Under the pieces are notes generated by a model. It was not told where the DNA came from, ran no database searches, and saw only the letters and a program-made list of their open reading frames with translations. A DNA stretch of 64,000 nt, taken from the NCBI GenBank assembly GCA_963663805.2, contig CAXXMR010000013.1:1-64000 (forward strand), in the 5' to 3' direction. This DNA is from Sedimentisphaerales bacterium (GTDB taxonomy: Bacteria; Planctomycetota; Phycisphaerae; Sedimentisphaerales; SM23-30). A program made the translations under genes and the position numbers. Of this stretch, positions 16,543 to 27,389 are shown in pieces (positions within the stretch are counted from its first letter, which is position 1; each line of letters opens with the position of its first letter).

Positions 16543-17661
16543 ATGACTATCAAACCTTGTCGGGAAAAGTGGGCGGGAAAGATTACGGACCGGGAGCGGT
16601 TCAATCGGCAGATGCACTATGAGTCGGTGGACCGGTGTTTCAATATGGAGTTTGGGTATTGGGACGAGAATTTCCAGCAGTGGCAAATGTTCAGGGACAA
16701 CAATATTACAACTAATGAGCAGGCGGACATATTTTTCAACTTTGACCGTCAGTTTCATACTCAGTCATTATGGATGAACCCATATTTTCCGGAGACTGTG
16801 GTTGAGGAACGTGCGGACAAGGTCATTATGATGAATAATGTGGGGTTGTTGGCGGAAGTGCCCAGGGATGGCCACAGTACGATTCCGCATTATCTGAAGT
16901 CTTCGATTGTTACGCCGGAGGATTGGAAGAAGTGTAAGGAGGAGCGGTTTCGGCGGGATGACCCGGCGCGGCAGGTCGATGTTGAGGCCTTGTTGAAACA
17001 GCATCCCAATGACCGTGATTATCCGCTGGCGGTTTCCTGCGGTTCGATGATTGGCAAGGTGCGTGATATGCTGACGTTTGAGGGGTTGGCGTATGCTTGC
17101 TTTGATTATCCGGATATGGTCGAGGATATGGTTGAGACGTGCTGTGTGCTGATAGAGGATTATCTGGACCAGGTTTTGGGGCGGGTGAAATATGATTGCG
17201 CGAGTGGTTGGGAAGATATTTGTTTCAAGAGTGGGCCGATAGTTTCGATGGATTTCTTCAGGGATGTGGTAGCGCCGCGGTATAAGAGGATTAACGTTAA
17301 GCTGAAACAGCACGGGATTGATATATGGTATACCGATTGTGACGGTGATGTTCGGCCTATTTTACCGCTGTTGCTGGAGTCGGGGATAAATTGTCTGTTT
17401 CCGTTTGAGGTGAACTGCTGCTGCCATCCAGCCGAACTGCTGGCGGAGTACGGCCAGGATTTGCGGATAATGGGCGGGTTTAATAAGATGGCGTTAGGTG
17501 AAGGGCGTGAGGCGATTGGCAAGTATATGGATACGCTGGTTCCGCTGGTCGAGCGGGGCGGGTATATACCGTTTTGTGACCATCGGTGCCCGCCGAATGT
17601 TAAGGAGGAAGATTATCTGTATTATCTTGATTTGAAAGAGGATATGTTCGGCTTGAAATAA
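16543..17661 (+). CDS. Uroporphyrinogen decarboxylase (URO-D/MtaA-like) family protein
   Basis: TDRERFNR start, WEDICFKSGPIVS, DCDGDV, GGYIPFCDHRCPPNV. Confidence 0.85.
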   Translation: MTIKPCREKWAGKITDRERFNRQMHYESVDRCFNMEFGYWDENFQQWQMFRDNNITTNEQADIFFNFDRQFHTQSLWMNPYFPETVVEERADKVIMMNNVGLLAEVPRDGHSTIPHYLKSSIVTPEDWKKCKEERFRRDDPARQVDVEALLKQHPNDRDYPLAVSCGSMIGKVRDMLTFEGLAYACFDYPDMVEDMVETCCVLIEDYLDQVLGRVKYDCASGWEDICFKSGPIVSMDFFRDVVAPRYKRINVKLKQHGIDIWYTDCDGDVRPILPLLLESGINCLFPFEVNCCCHPAELLAEYGQDLRIMGGFNKMALGEGREAIGKYMDTLVPLVERGGYIPFCDHRCPPNVKEEDYLYYLDLKEDMFGLK

Positions 17662-17733
17662 GATGTTGCAGAGCACGCGGCTTTTCCGATAGAATTGTGG
17701 TCGATAAATCACTTTTCGGAGGAATAAGCGGCC

Positions 17734-18510
17734 ATGATAAATGAATGGATGTTGAGTTCGACAAATCTGAACCGGACCCGCTGTCGGGAATATGAAGTTG
17801 CGGTGATTCCGACGGCGGCACTGGAGCCGCATAACCTGCATCTGCCGGAGGGTCAGGATATTTACCATACGACTCAGGTGGCGGCGCGATGCTGTCAGGC
17901 GGCGTGGGAGCGGTGCGAGTCGGTGGTGTGTCTGCCGACGATACCGTTTGGGGTGGATTGCAATCTGCTGGATTTTCCGCTGGCGATCCACCTGTCGCAG
18001 AACACGCTCAACGCGGTGCTGACGGATATTATCAAGTCGCTGGTGCGGCATGGGATTCGCAAGGTGGTGATTCTGAACGGGCACGGCGGGAATGATTTTA
18101 CGCCGCTCATCAGGCAGATCCAGTGCGATTATGATGTTTATGTTTTCGCCTGCAACTGGTGGCAGGTGGGGGCGGATGTTTATGGTCAGATTTTCGCTAA
18201 CCCGGACGACCACGCCGGCGAGTTTGAGACTTCGATAGCTTTGACGCTTTTTCCGAATCTGGTCGAGCTGGAAAACGCGTCCTCGGGCGATACGCCGAAC
18301 TTTCGGTTTGAGGCACTTAACGAGGGATATGTCAAGACGAGTCGGGATTTTTCAAAGTTGAACGACCATTGCGCAGCGGGTGACCCTTCGCAGGCGTCGG
18401 CGGATAAGGGCCGGCAGTATCTGGATATAGTTTGTCCGCGGATAACGGATTTCCTGGTCCAGTTGGCTCAGACCCCGATAGATGAGAATTTTCCGTTTGA
18501 TAAATCTTGA
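17734..18510 (+). CDS. Creatininase/creatinine amidohydrolase family protein
   Basis: ALEPHNLHLPEGQD, LNGHGGN, DHAGEFETS motifs. Confidence 0.92.
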   Translation: MINEWMLSSTNLNRTRCREYEVAVIPTAALEPHNLHLPEGQDIYHTTQVAARCCQAAWERCESVVCLPTIPFGVDCNLLDFPLAIHLSQNTLNAVLTDIIKSLVRHGIRKVVILNGHGGNDFTPLIRQIQCDYDVYVFACNWWQVGADVYGQIFANPDDHAGEFETSIALTLFPNLVELENASSGDTPNFRFEALNEGYVKTSRDFSKLNDHCAAGDPSQASADKGRQYLDIVCPRITDFLVQLAQTPIDENFPFDKS

Positions 18511-19049
18511 CAGGGTGCAGCGGACTTGGTGCAGATAAGTTTCTGGCCGAGAGCCTGACTATCCCACCGCTGCAAGCCAAACACTTCCAGGGCGGCGTAG
18601 AAAATAGCCATTCCGGTACAGTAGAGCAGGCCCAGGAGCATAACCGCGACCCATGGGCCGCAGGTTTCCGGCTGATTATTGCCGTGCAGTACGACCAGAG
18701 CGGTGATGATGGGGACCAGGGTGGTCAGCAGGGAAATGAGGGACATTAAGATAAAGCTTGTGCGTCGTCGGCAGGCCAGGAAATACGCGGCGGCGGCGAA
18801 TAATGGTGCGGTCAGCAGGAAACTTTTTACGTCAACCAGTATCATCAATCTGTCAGGCTGGGGCAGGGCGGGAAAGATTTGCCAGAATGCACCGGTGGCG
18901 AGGATGTGGAGAATGTTACCGTGCATCAGTTGGTCCAGGTCGATGCTGATGGGGTTGTCAAGTTCGCTGAGGAAGCGTACAAAGGTCAGGTCTAAGGTTG
19001 CTAACAGCCAAGCTGTCAACAGAATTATCAAAGCTATTAATTTTCGCAT
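18468..19049 (-). CDS. Hypothetical multi-pass membrane protein
   Basis: About four hydrophobic segments; 15 bp downstream of the PEP-CTERM gene with a GGAG RBS. Confidence 0.7.
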   Translation of the reverse strand: MRKLIALIILLTAWLLATLDLTFVRFLSELDNPISIDLDQLMHGNILHILATGAFWQIFPALPQPDRLMILVDVKSFLLTAPLFAAAAYFLACRRRTSFILMSLISLLTTLVPIITALVVLHGNNQPETCGPWVAVMLLGLLYCTGMAIFYAALEVFGLQRWDSQALGQKLICTKSAAPCQDLSNGKFSSIGV

Positions 19050-19064
19050 AATTTCTCCGGGTCG

Positions 19065-20249
19065 TTAATCCGCGGTGTTGGGCTCGCTTCCCGGAGCGAT
19101 TATCGTGATGGTATTTATTTTTAGGGTTGGGCGATTATTTCGGGGGCTGTGAGTCTGATAGTATTTTATCTGTTGTCGGATTTTTTTTATACGTCGTTTG
19201 TGTTTTATATACCAAAGGCCTGTACCAGAGAGCAGAAGACCAACGGTTATCGGTTCCGGTACAACGTTGGGCAAAGGGTCGGGCGTGTTAGGTTCCGGTA
19301 TGTTTTCGGGGATGTTGGAAATATTGGAGAAACCACTGCTGATGGGGTAGGTGTCCACAGTTTGCGGTCGTGGCGTTTCGCCCCAAAACGAGCTCATTAT
19401 ACCGTCAGAGCCGGATTGGCTGCCGTAGGTGATTTCTTTATTTTCGGTTCCACTGGCACGGGCTCGGACGGTTTGTTCGGGTTCGACATAAAGAGCGTCG
19501 ATGTCTTTCTCGCTACTGATGAAAATATTGTCGCTGAGCAGTTCTCGCGCGGTTCTGGTGGCGGGGTCGTATTCGAGAAGCACTGCCGGGCCGAAGTCAA
19601 AGCCGCTGAGCTGTTGGGGTTTGTCGGTTGATAAAATAATTCTGCCATCGCGGAGGATGTGCAGAGCGTCAACGTTGGCCTGGGGGTTGCCGAACATTGA
19701 GCCAGCCAGCAGGAATTTGATTTTGCCGGTGGCGGGGTCGTATTCAATGATGTCGGCGGGGTGGATTTCCTGGTCGGCGAAAGTTGTGGTATGTTCGACA
19801 GAGAGAACTATTCTGCCGTCGTCATGGACAAAGACGGCATCGATGTTGGCGTTGGGGGGGAACCAGCCGCGACCGAACAAGGCGCGGGCAAAACCGCTGA
19901 CCTGGTCGAGTTCGATTAGCTCGCCGGGCCCGAAAACGATTCCGTTCAGGACTATTGTTGAACGGGTGGAGAAGACGACGTTGCCATTATAGAGGATGTG
20001 GAGGGCGTCGATATTTTCGTTATCGGGGGCCAGAGGGTCACCTATGAAGCGGCGAATCTTTTCAGGGTCGGGGGTGTAGATGACTACTTCGCTTTCGCTG
20101 AAATTGAGTTCGCCGACCTGGGCGGGTTGACAAGTTGAAAAATAGATGTCTCGGATTTGTTCGCCGCCGGCAAATGAACAGCCCAGCAGAGCCAGAATCA
20201 CACCGGCTAGAAGCCGACCTCTGGTCATTGATTTAGTTGGGTTGTCCAT
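19065..20249 (-). CDS. PEP-CTERM sorting-domain surface protein with (N/D)(I/V)DA(L/V) repeats
   Basis: Signal peptide, four ~57-aa repeats (NIDALH, NIDAVF, NVDALH, DIDALY), VPEPITVGLLLSGTGLWYIKHKRR. Confidence 0.8.
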   Translation of the reverse strand: MDNPTKSMTRGRLLAGVILALLGCSFAGGEQIRDIYFSTCQPAQVGELNFSESEVVIYTPDPEKIRRFIGDPLAPDNENIDALHILYNGNVVFSTRSTIVLNGIVFGPGELIELDQVSGFARALFGRGWFPPNANIDAVFVHDDGRIVLSVEHTTTFADQEIHPADIIEYDPATGKIKFLLAGSMFGNPQANVDALHILRDGRIILSTDKPQQLSGFDFGPAVLLEYDPATRTARELLSDNIFISSEKDIDALYVEPEQTVRARASGTENKEITYGSQSGSDGIMSSFWGETPRPQTVDTYPISSGFSNISNIPENIPEPNTPDPLPNVVPEPITVGLLLSGTGLWYIKHKRRIKKIRQQIKYYQTHSPRNNRPTLKINTITIIAPGSEPNTAD

Positions 20250-20435
20250 TATTAAATTCCTACCTCACTATCCATAGTATCTCTGTTTCACTCCTGATGC
20301 TCCGGCCGTTTTACTCGCGGCAGAGGCAGAGTTTTCTTTCCCATCCGGAAAACATTTTTTTCCGCACTAGAGTATCTAATTTAATTGTTGGGGATGCAAA
20401 TCGGCTTGGGAGTTTTTTTTGTTTTTAATGCGCGC

Positions 20436-20473
20436 AAAAAAAGTCCGGTAATTTCAATACAAAGTTACCGGAC
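20436..20473 (-). terminator. Rho-independent terminator downstream of the galactokinase-like gene
   Basis: GTCCGGTAA/TTACCGGAC stem followed by T7 on the minus strand. Confidence 0.8.
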
Positions 20474-20521
20474 CAAATTTTCACATTTATCAGAGTCGCG
20501 TACGCCAGGGCGTGTTGTCTA

Positions 20522-20552
20522 AACAAAAGCCGAGCCGCGTAAGCGGCCGGAT
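20522..20552 (-). repeat. REP-like palindromic element ATCCGGCCGCTTACGCGGCTCGGCTTTTGTT (inverted copy)
   Basis: Exact 31-bp reverse complement of 33264-33294; related copies at 27174-27193 and 57959-57984. Confidence 0.9.
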
Positions 20553-20569
20553 TCGACCACCCAAAACCG

Positions 20570-21814
20570 TTATTTCAGGTGCCCTTCCATGATTGAAACC
20601 CCGTCCACAACTTTACAGGTGTGCAGAGCGTATTTATCGGCATAGTTGGGTCGGGACAGTGGATAGCCCTGCTGGACAGCCGCTTCAACCGCTGCGATTG
20701 CGCCAGACCTTACAATCGCGCCAGCCGCGCCTTTGTCGCCGCCGCCGAGCATTCTTTCGCCCAGTACGCCGTCCACGCTGCGAACGATGTCGCACATGGT
20801 TTCGAGTTCCGGTCCGGAAATCTGATAGTCATCGCGGAGGCCGAGCCCATCCTTACGGAAGATTTTGCCGACGGTGACAATGTCGCCTGCCTTCCATGCT
20901 TTCATCATGAGATAGAACCGCTGCTGAGCGTGGAAGATGTAGTCCAAACGCTGAATGTATTCAGGATATTTTTCTTTATATCTAGCGACAACTTCCTCAA
21001 AGACCTTGTCATCACGGATATCTGCCAGACATTTGCCGTAACCGTCAGAGGCAAGCATCGCCGCGAAGTTGTCGCACTCGGTACGGCGGACTTTATAGGT
21101 GGATTTTTCCAGGCCCGGTCGGACAGTGCCGGTATCCATAACGACGATGCGGAAATCCTCAGCGCAGCTGCCGAGGGGGACATAATTTATTTCTTTGGTG
21201 GCGGGATTGTAGTGAGTGCCCATGCCTTCCTTGGCGAAGAAAATCATAATCTGGTCCAGCAGGCCGCAGGGTGAGCCGATATAATCGTTTTCGACTTTCT
21301 GGGCCAGCTCGACAATGTGGAATTCATCTTCCAGTGTTATGTTATTGACTTCGAGCATGGTCACAATGAGGTTGATAGCCAGCGACGCTGAACGTGACAT
21401 ACCGCCGCCGGGGATATTGCCGTAAATGATGCCGTCGAGTCCCTGGTTCAGGGCGATACCTTCACGGCGGAGAATATAATCGACACCGTAAGGAAACCTC
21501 GCCCAGGAATCGACAACCTCAGCCGCGCCTGGTTCGGGAACCTTGCCCAGCTCAAAATCGACGATAGCGTCGTTAGGGAAATTGGCACTGAACAATCGCA
21601 CGCGATTAGTGTTGTTGGGTTTGTAGGCGAACCAGATGAAGCGGTCGGTTCCTACGCCGAAAAGCTCCGTGCCGTTGTAGTCGCCATGTTCGACGCCGAG
21701 GCAGAAGCGGGATGATGTGCGCCTGACCATGCCGTCGCTAATATCCAGGCCGGTCTTAGCGGCAGTTTCACTGATGGTTTGCAGGGCTTTTTTGTCTTCG
21801 GGGGTTAGGGGCAT
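20570..21814 (-). CDS. galK: Galactokinase-family (GHMP) sugar kinase
   Basis: EHGDYNG, GNIPGGGMSRSAS, CGLLDQ, LRDDYQISGPELE, GERMLGGG. Confidence 0.8.
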   Translation of the reverse strand: MPLTPEDKKALQTISETAAKTGLDISDGMVRRTSSRFCLGVEHGDYNGTELFGVGTDRFIWFAYKPNNTNRVRLFSANFPNDAIVDFELGKVPEPGAAEVVDSWARFPYGVDYILRREGIALNQGLDGIIYGNIPGGGMSRSASLAINLIVTMLEVNNITLEDEFHIVELAQKVENDYIGSPCGLLDQIMIFFAKEGMGTHYNPATKEINYVPLGSCAEDFRIVVMDTGTVRPGLEKSTYKVRRTECDNFAAMLASDGYGKCLADIRDDKVFEEVVARYKEKYPEYIQRLDYIFHAQQRFYLMMKAWKAGDIVTVGKIFRKDGLGLRDDYQISGPELETMCDIVRSVDGVLGERMLGGGDKGAAGAIVRSGAIAAVEAAVQQGYPLSRPNYADKYALHTCKVVDGVSIMEGHLK

Positions 21815-21945
21815 ATTCTTTCCTCGAAATTTGATTTAGTGTATTCAGTAAAACTTCAGGGGCATATTCATATATTCCCTGCTGATTGTCAAGTAAAACC
21901 GTTTTTGTGCTTTTAAGGGCGGTTTTGTGACCTTATACTGTCGAA

Positions 21946-22728
21946 ATGAGTATTGAACTTACATTTTTGGGTACCGGGACCAGTCAGGGCATACCGTTGC
22001 CGGCTTGTGATTGTGAGGTTTGCCGGTCGAGCGACCCGCGTGACAAGCGTTTTCGCACTTCTGCCCTGCTGGGGCTGGATGGGCGTAATGTGCTGATTGA
22101 CGCGACACCGGAGCTGCGTTTGCAATGTTTGGCCAATGATATTCGGCGGCTGGACGCGATTCTGATAACCCATGCTCACGCGGACCATATTTTTGGGCTG
22201 GACGATGTGCGGCGATATAATCAGCTTCAGCGGGAGGCGTTGGACCTTTACGCGGCGGGTGAGCATTTGGAAGTTCTGGAGCGGGTGTTTTCTTATACCA
22301 AGCCGGAGTATATGCCGGATAATGTGGATTTGCCGAGATTGCGGTTCAGGCCGATAGAGGGGGCTTTCGAGTTGTTCGGTTATGAGATTATGCCCTTGCA
22401 CCTGCCGCATGGCCGACATGGTACGACGGGTTTTCGGGTGGGAAATCTGGCGTACTGTACGGATTTGAGTGATATGCCGGAGGAGCATTACGAAAAGCTG
22501 GAAGGGCTGGAAGTGCTGGTTTTGGGTGCGTTAAGGTGTAAGCCTCATCCGGCGCACCTGGAGATTGAGCGGGCGATTGAGGTGGCCCGGCGGATTGGGG
22601 CCCGGCAGACATATTTTACGCATATGGCCCATCAGGTCTGCCATGAGCGGGATGAGAAGATGCTGCCGGAAAATATCCGGTTTGCCTACGATGGTCTGAA
22701 AATCGGGGTATCACTCAAACAACGCTGA
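21946..22728 (+). CDS. MBL-fold metallo-hydrolase (PhnP-like)
   Basis: LGTGTSQGIP..CDCEVC, THAHADHIFGLDD, FTHMAH, AYDGL. Confidence 0.92.
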   Translation: MSIELTFLGTGTSQGIPLPACDCEVCRSSDPRDKRFRTSALLGLDGRNVLIDATPELRLQCLANDIRRLDAILITHAHADHIFGLDDVRRYNQLQREALDLYAAGEHLEVLERVFSYTKPEYMPDNVDLPRLRFRPIEGAFELFGYEIMPLHLPHGRHGTTGFRVGNLAYCTDLSDMPEEHYEKLEGLEVLVLGALRCKPHPAHLEIERAIEVARRIGARQTYFTHMAHQVCHERDEKMLPENIRFAYDGLKIGVSLKQR

Positions 22729-23454
22729 GCCGATTCGCAGCAGGGTTGCGCCTTCTTCGACGGCGATTTCGTAATCCTGGCTCATACCCATAGACAGGTG
22801 TCGGAAATGCGGGTTTAATACGCCCTCGCCTTTCATCTCGACGAAGATTTCATACAATCTGGAGAAGCAGAAGCGGCAGCGGTCCTTATCGTCGGTAAAT
22901 GGCGCCATGGTCATTAGGCCAGCGATGGTGATATTGGGCAGGGTTTCAATCTGCTCAGCCAACGCCGCGACGGCACCGACTGCCAGGCCGGTTTTTTGTT
23001 TTTCCTGGCTGGTATTGACCTGCAGAAGGATTTCGACCTTGTCAGCCAGACCGAGCTTGGCGGCGTTGGTATTGATTTCCTCCGCCAGCCGGAGCGAGTC
23101 CACCGAGTGAATCAGCTTCACAAAGGGTAATATCTGTTTGACCTTGTTCCGCTGTAAGTGTCCTATCATATGCCAGTTAGGGCAAGTGACCTCTTCGTCG
23201 CCGATACCGTTGGACAGCTCAACACGCCGCTGGATGTATTCCTGGATTCGAGCCCGCCGCTGAGCCAAATCCTGTACTTTGGATTCGCCCAGATCCGCCT
23301 GACCCAGTTCGAGCAGATGCCTGATAATATCGATATCAACACTCTTGGTGACAGCCACAAGGGTTACATCCTGCGGGTCGCGATTGGACCGGGCGCAGGC
23401 TTCCTGAATATTTCCGTTAATCCTTTTGAGATTTTCAGCCAGTTTTTTATTCAT
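22711..23454 (-). CDS. yggS: PLP homeostasis protein YggS
   Basis: LVAVTK, WHMIGHLQRNK, HSVDS, LSMGMSQDYEIAVEEGATLLRIGS. Confidence 0.95.
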   Translation of the reverse strand: MNKKLAENLKRINGNIQEACARSNRDPQDVTLVAVTKSVDIDIIRHLLELGQADLGESKVQDLAQRRARIQEYIQRRVELSNGIGDEEVTCPNWHMIGHLQRNKVKQILPFVKLIHSVDSLRLAEEINTNAAKLGLADKVEILLQVNTSQEKQKTGLAVGAVAALAEQIETLPNITIAGLMTMAPFTDDKDRCRFCFSRLYEIFVEMKGEGVLNPHFRHLSMGMSQDYEIAVEEGATLLRIGSALFE

Positions 23455-23524
23455 GTAAGCTATTCTAGGCTAAAAAGTAGTGTCTGAAAAGTACGTTTTT
23501 GTCAGACGTTTACCGGTTGGGGGT

Positions 23525-25222
23525 TTATTGTTGCTTTTGGACTTTAGCCCAGGTGTCTTTGAGGGTCGCGGTACGGTTGAAAACCATCTTCTCGGCGGTG
23601 CTGTCCTTATCGACGCAGAAATAGCCCAATCTTTCGAATTGGTAGCGGGTCAGGGGGTCGGCGTTTTTGACTGCGGGTTCTATTTTGCAGTTATTGTTGA
23701 TTTGCAGGGAATCGGGATTCATATTTGCGGTAAAGTCCTGTCCTTGCTCGACTTGTTCGGGGTTTTCCTTGTTGAACAGGTGGTCGTAGAGTCGTACTTC
23801 GACATCGAGTGCGTGTTGGGCGGAGACCCAATGGAGGGTGGCTTTGACCTTGCGTCCGTCGGGTGAGTCGCCGCCCTTGGTGGCGGGGTCGTAGGTGCAG
23901 AGAAGTTCGGTGACATTTCCCTGCTTATCTTTTATAACTTCATTGCAGGTAATGAAATAGGCATAGCGCAGCCGTACTTCACGGCCCGGAGCCAGGCGGA
24001 AGAATTTTTTGGGCGGTTCTTCCATAAAATCTTCCTGCTCGATAAAAAGTTCCCGGCCAAAAGGCACCATGCGGGTGCCGGCGGATTCATCTTCGGGATT
24101 ATTGACGGCGGGCAGTTGTTCGGACTGACCTTCGGGGTAGTTGGTAATGATTACCTTCAAAGGATTTAGCACTGCCATGACGCGACTGGAGGTTTTGTTG
24201 AGGTCGTCGCGGACGCAATGCTCCAGCAGAGCGAAATCGACGGTGCTGTTAAACTTATTAACGCTGATTTTCTGGCAGAAGCTGCGTATCGAGGCGGGCG
24301 AATAGCCGCGTCTTCTCATGCCGGAAATGGTGGGCATCCGCGGGTCGTCCCAGCCGCTGACGTGTTTGTCCTGGACGAGTGAGAGGAGTTTGCGTTTGCT
24401 CATGACGGTGTAGGTAAGGTTAAGTCTTGCAAACTCAATCTGTTGCGGATGATAGATGCCGAGCTGGTCGATGAACCAGTCGTAGAGTGGGCGGTGGTTT
24501 TCGAATTCGAGGGTGCAGATAGAGTGGGTAATTTTTTCGAGTGAGTCTTCTAACCCGTGGGCCCAGTCGTACATAGGGTAGATGCACCAGATATCACCTG
24601 TTCTGTGGTGGGTGGCGTGGAGGATTCGGTACATAACGGGGTCGCGCATGTTTAGGTTGGGATGGGCCATGTCGATTTTGGCGCGGAGGGTGCGTGAGCC
24701 GTCGGGGAATTCGCCGTTTTTCATTCTGGCAAACAGGTCTAAGTTCTCTTGCACACTTCGGTTACGGTAGGGGCTATCCTGGCCGGGCTGGGTGAGATTT
24801 CCCCGATATTGGCGGGTTTGTTCGGCGTTGAGGTCGCAAACGTAAGCCTGGCCCTGGTTTATGAGCTGAACGGCCCAGTCGTACATCTGTTGGAAATAGT
24901 CTGAGCCGAAGAAAAGACGGTCCTGCCAATCCCATCCTAGCCATTTAACATCTGCTATTATTGAGTTTACGTATTCCTGTTCCTCTTTGGAGGGGTTGGT
25001 GTCGTCGAAGCGGAGGTTGCAGGTTCCGCCGGGATTTTCGGCGGCGATGCCGAAATTAAGGCAGATGCTCTTGGCGTGGCCTATGTGTAGATAGCCGTTA
25101 GGCTCTGGTGGGAAACGAGTTGCGACACGGCCCTGCCATTTGTCGGTCTTGAGGTCGTCGGCGACGATCTGGCGTACGAAGTCGAGTGATTCGGGTCTTT
25201 CGTTTACATTTTTGTCGTTCAT
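23525..25222 (-). CDS. glnS: Glutamine--tRNA ligase
   Basis: [16 protein letters not shown] (HIGH), [23 protein letters not shown]. Confidence 0.97.
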   Translation of the reverse strand: MNDKNVNERPESLDFVRQIVADDLKTDKWQGRVATRFPPEPNGYLHIGHAKSICLNFGIAAENPGGTCNLRFDDTNPSKEEQEYVNSIIADVKWLGWDWQDRLFFGSDYFQQMYDWAVQLINQGQAYVCDLNAEQTRQYRGNLTQPGQDSPYRNRSVQENLDLFARMKNGEFPDGSRTLRAKIDMAHPNLNMRDPVMYRILHATHHRTGDIWCIYPMYDWAHGLEDSLEKITHSICTLEFENHRPLYDWFIDQLGIYHPQQIEFARLNLTYTVMSKRKLLSLVQDKHVSGWDDPRMPTISGMRRRGYSPASIRSFCQKISVNKFNSTVDFALLEHCVRDDLNKTSSRVMAVLNPLKVIITNYPEGQSEQLPAVNNPEDESAGTRMVPFGRELFIEQEDFMEEPPKKFFRLAPGREVRLRYAYFITCNEVIKDKQGNVTELLCTYDPATKGGDSPDGRKVKATLHWVSAQHALDVEVRLYDHLFNKENPEQVEQGQDFTANMNPDSLQINNNCKIEPAVKNADPLTRYQFERLGYFCVDKDSTAEKMVFNRTATLKDTWAKVQKQQ

Positions 25223-25488
25223 AACATACCTGCTGGTAAGAGGTTGCCGTTTGTGTTTTGGAAATAGCAGGCTACATAATTACCACTAAGAGGGCGGGTA
25301 GTCAATTGGGAAGTGTGTCTTGACGGATAAACGTGCTGTTTTTGGTGTTGTAAGTGCTTATTTTACGCGAGCGTAAGTGCGGTGGGAAAGGCTTGTTTGC
25401 GGTGGGGGTTTTCGGCGCGGTTTGGACTGGGATGACCGATTTTTGATGATTTTTTTGATTTTTTGGCGTTTTTTTTTGATTTTTGGGG

Positions 25489-26946
25489 CAATCCTGTTCG
25501 GCACATTTATTGCTTTAGGCTTTTGGCCTCCTGTATTTTTTTAAAAAAAAACCCGAAATGTTAAGATAGGTAATTTGCGCTCGAGGGATATTTATGCTCT
25601 AATAGGAGGCATGAGTGCTAAGCGTCAGAAAATCAAGGAGCGGGACCTGCGTGGGTTCAAGTATTTCAAGTCCCTCTCGGCTCTGCTGAAAGGTCTTCAC
25701 TCGGCGGGATGTGAGCGGGACCGGGCCGGCAATCGCACATTATTCATGGACCAGTATGTCAGTCTGCTGCTGTTATACATGTTCAATCCGATCTGCAGTT
25801 CCATCCGGTCTTTGCAGCAGGCCGGCGAGCTCAAAAAGGTACAGCGGCTGTTGGGTTGTTCGCGTGCTTCGCTGGGTTCGCTGGGTTCGCTTTCGGAAGC
25901 ATCCCGGGTTTTTGAGAGTTCTTTGTTAGAGCCGATAATCGCTCAACTCACTGAGCAGTTAGGGCCGATATCTCAGGACAAAAAACTGGAAGTCGGTCAG
26001 GTCATTACCCTGGTGGACGGCAGCAGTATTCAGGCTTTGCAAAAACTCACTCAGGCTGCCTGGGACACCGACAAACCCGGAATTAAAGCACACACTCAGT
26101 TTGATCTGGAAAAATATGTGCCTCTGAAAATAAATATCAGTGAAGACAAGTCTGATGAGCGAAAGGTTTTTTTAGAGAATCTTCAGCCCGGCCGGATTTA
26201 TGTCAATGATCGCGGATATGCCTGTTTTAAGCTGTTTCAGGCCATTGTGGATAGTAAAAGCTCTTTTGTCTGTCGGCTGCGTGAGGATACGGTTTACGAA
26301 ACTATTCAGGAAAAACCTTTAACTGAAGATGCTCGAAAAGCGGGGATAATTTTTGATCGTACGGTAATCGCCGGCAGCAGTGAAAAACTGCGGGAAGATT
26401 TCAAACAACCGTTACGCCTGATAGCGGTTGAATGTCAACCGCATTTGAAACGGGGCCAGGGACCACGTCAGAGTGAGATGATTTTGATTGCCACCGACCG
26501 GCTGGACCTGGACGCCGAAGTCATTGCCCTGCTCTATCAGAAACGCTGGGCCATCGAAATATTTTTCCGCTTTTTTAAGCATGTGCTGGGCTGCCGACAT
26601 CTGCTAAGCCTCTGCGAAAACGGTATCGAACTACAGATGTACGCCGCGATTATCGCCTGTATGCTGATCAGCCTGTGGACGGGCAAAAAACCAACTTTAA
26701 GAACCTACGAAATGCTCTGCTGGCACCTCTGCGGCATGGCCGACGAGCAAGAAATGCAGAACCATATCAATAAACTCCAAAGCCAAAACTAAGGCCGATC
26801 CTCAAAAAAATCGCCGCTGCCGCTGATGCTGCGCCAAAATAACCAGTGCCGACAGTCCCACTGAGGGATAATCCCCGCTAAATCATATGAACTGCAAAGA
26901 CCACAGAAAAACTGTATTTGAGCAATAAATGTGCCGAACAGGATTG
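25489..26946 (+). mobile_element. IS4-family insertion sequence, apparently intact (1458 bp)
   Basis: Perfect 26-bp terminal IRs CAATCCTGTTCGGCACATTTATTGCT (25489-25514 / 26921-26946); 9-bp TSD TTTTTGGGG (25480-25488 / 26947-26955). Confidence 0.95.
25611..26792 (+). CDS. IS4-family DDE transposase
   Basis: LVDGS, NDRGY, YQKRWAIEIFFRFFK (Y-R-E-K motif); AGGAGG RBS before ATG 25611. Confidence 0.95.
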   Translation: MSAKRQKIKERDLRGFKYFKSLSALLKGLHSAGCERDRAGNRTLFMDQYVSLLLLYMFNPICSSIRSLQQAGELKKVQRLLGCSRASLGSLGSLSEASRVFESSLLEPIIAQLTEQLGPISQDKKLEVGQVITLVDGSSIQALQKLTQAAWDTDKPGIKAHTQFDLEKYVPLKINISEDKSDERKVFLENLQPGRIYVNDRGYACFKLFQAIVDSKSSFVCRLREDTVYETIQEKPLTEDARKAGIIFDRTVIAGSSEKLREDFKQPLRLIAVECQPHLKRGQGPRQSEMILIATDRLDLDAEVIALLYQKRWAIEIFFRFFKHVLGCRHLLSLCENGIELQMYAAIIACMLISLWTGKKPTLRTYEMLCWHLCGMADEQEMQNHINKLQSQN

Positions 26947-26996
26947 TTTTTGGGGTGGTTTTTGAGTGTTTTTTTGGGTGATTTTGAGATTTAGAA

Positions 26997-27232
26997 AGGC
27001 AGGAGGGATGAGGCAAGAGGGATGAGGGAACGGCTAGGTTTCGGCCTTTGGCCGAGAGTTTTTATTTAACGACAACGGCAAGGTGCCGCCTGCGGCGGAG
27101 TTGTTTTTATGGACTGAGCCCCACCACCTTGCGGTTTTTGGGGAGGGGTGTTTAAATGAGTAATGACGGTTCTATCCGGCCGCTTACGCGGCTTGGAATC
27201 AAAAAAAATGTACCGGGGACCTTTAATTCACC
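26997..27232 (+). repeat. Mosaic of composite-repeat modules ending in AAAAAAAATGTACCGGGGACCTTTAATTCACC
   Basis: GGGATGA/GGCAAGA heptamers, TCGGCCTTTGGCCGA and CCGCCTGCGGCGG hairpins, TCCGGCCGCTTACGCGGCT. Confidence 0.85.
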
Positions 27233-27389
27233 CAAAGGCCGCTTCTCCAGAAGATGCTCCCGAATAATCCTTACCTTCTCCACCGCCTCAAACCGCCTAC
27301 GCTCCTGTTTCATAACAAATCCCTTTCAAAAATATACATAAAGAATAGCAACTTTAAAGGATTTGTCCATTTCCAACTGAGGCAATACA
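27232..27389 (-). mobile_element. IS3-family left end with the first ~28 codons of OrfA (truncated)
   Basis: Begins TGTATTGCCTCAGTTGGAAATGGAC on the minus strand (TG end); ATG 27313 reads MKQERRRFEAVEKVRIIREHLLEKRPLG, an HTH transposase N-terminus. Confidence 0.75.

Noticed and set aside
27310..27389. C-terminus of the 108-aa ORF
   Set aside because: Read-through into the IS3 left end.
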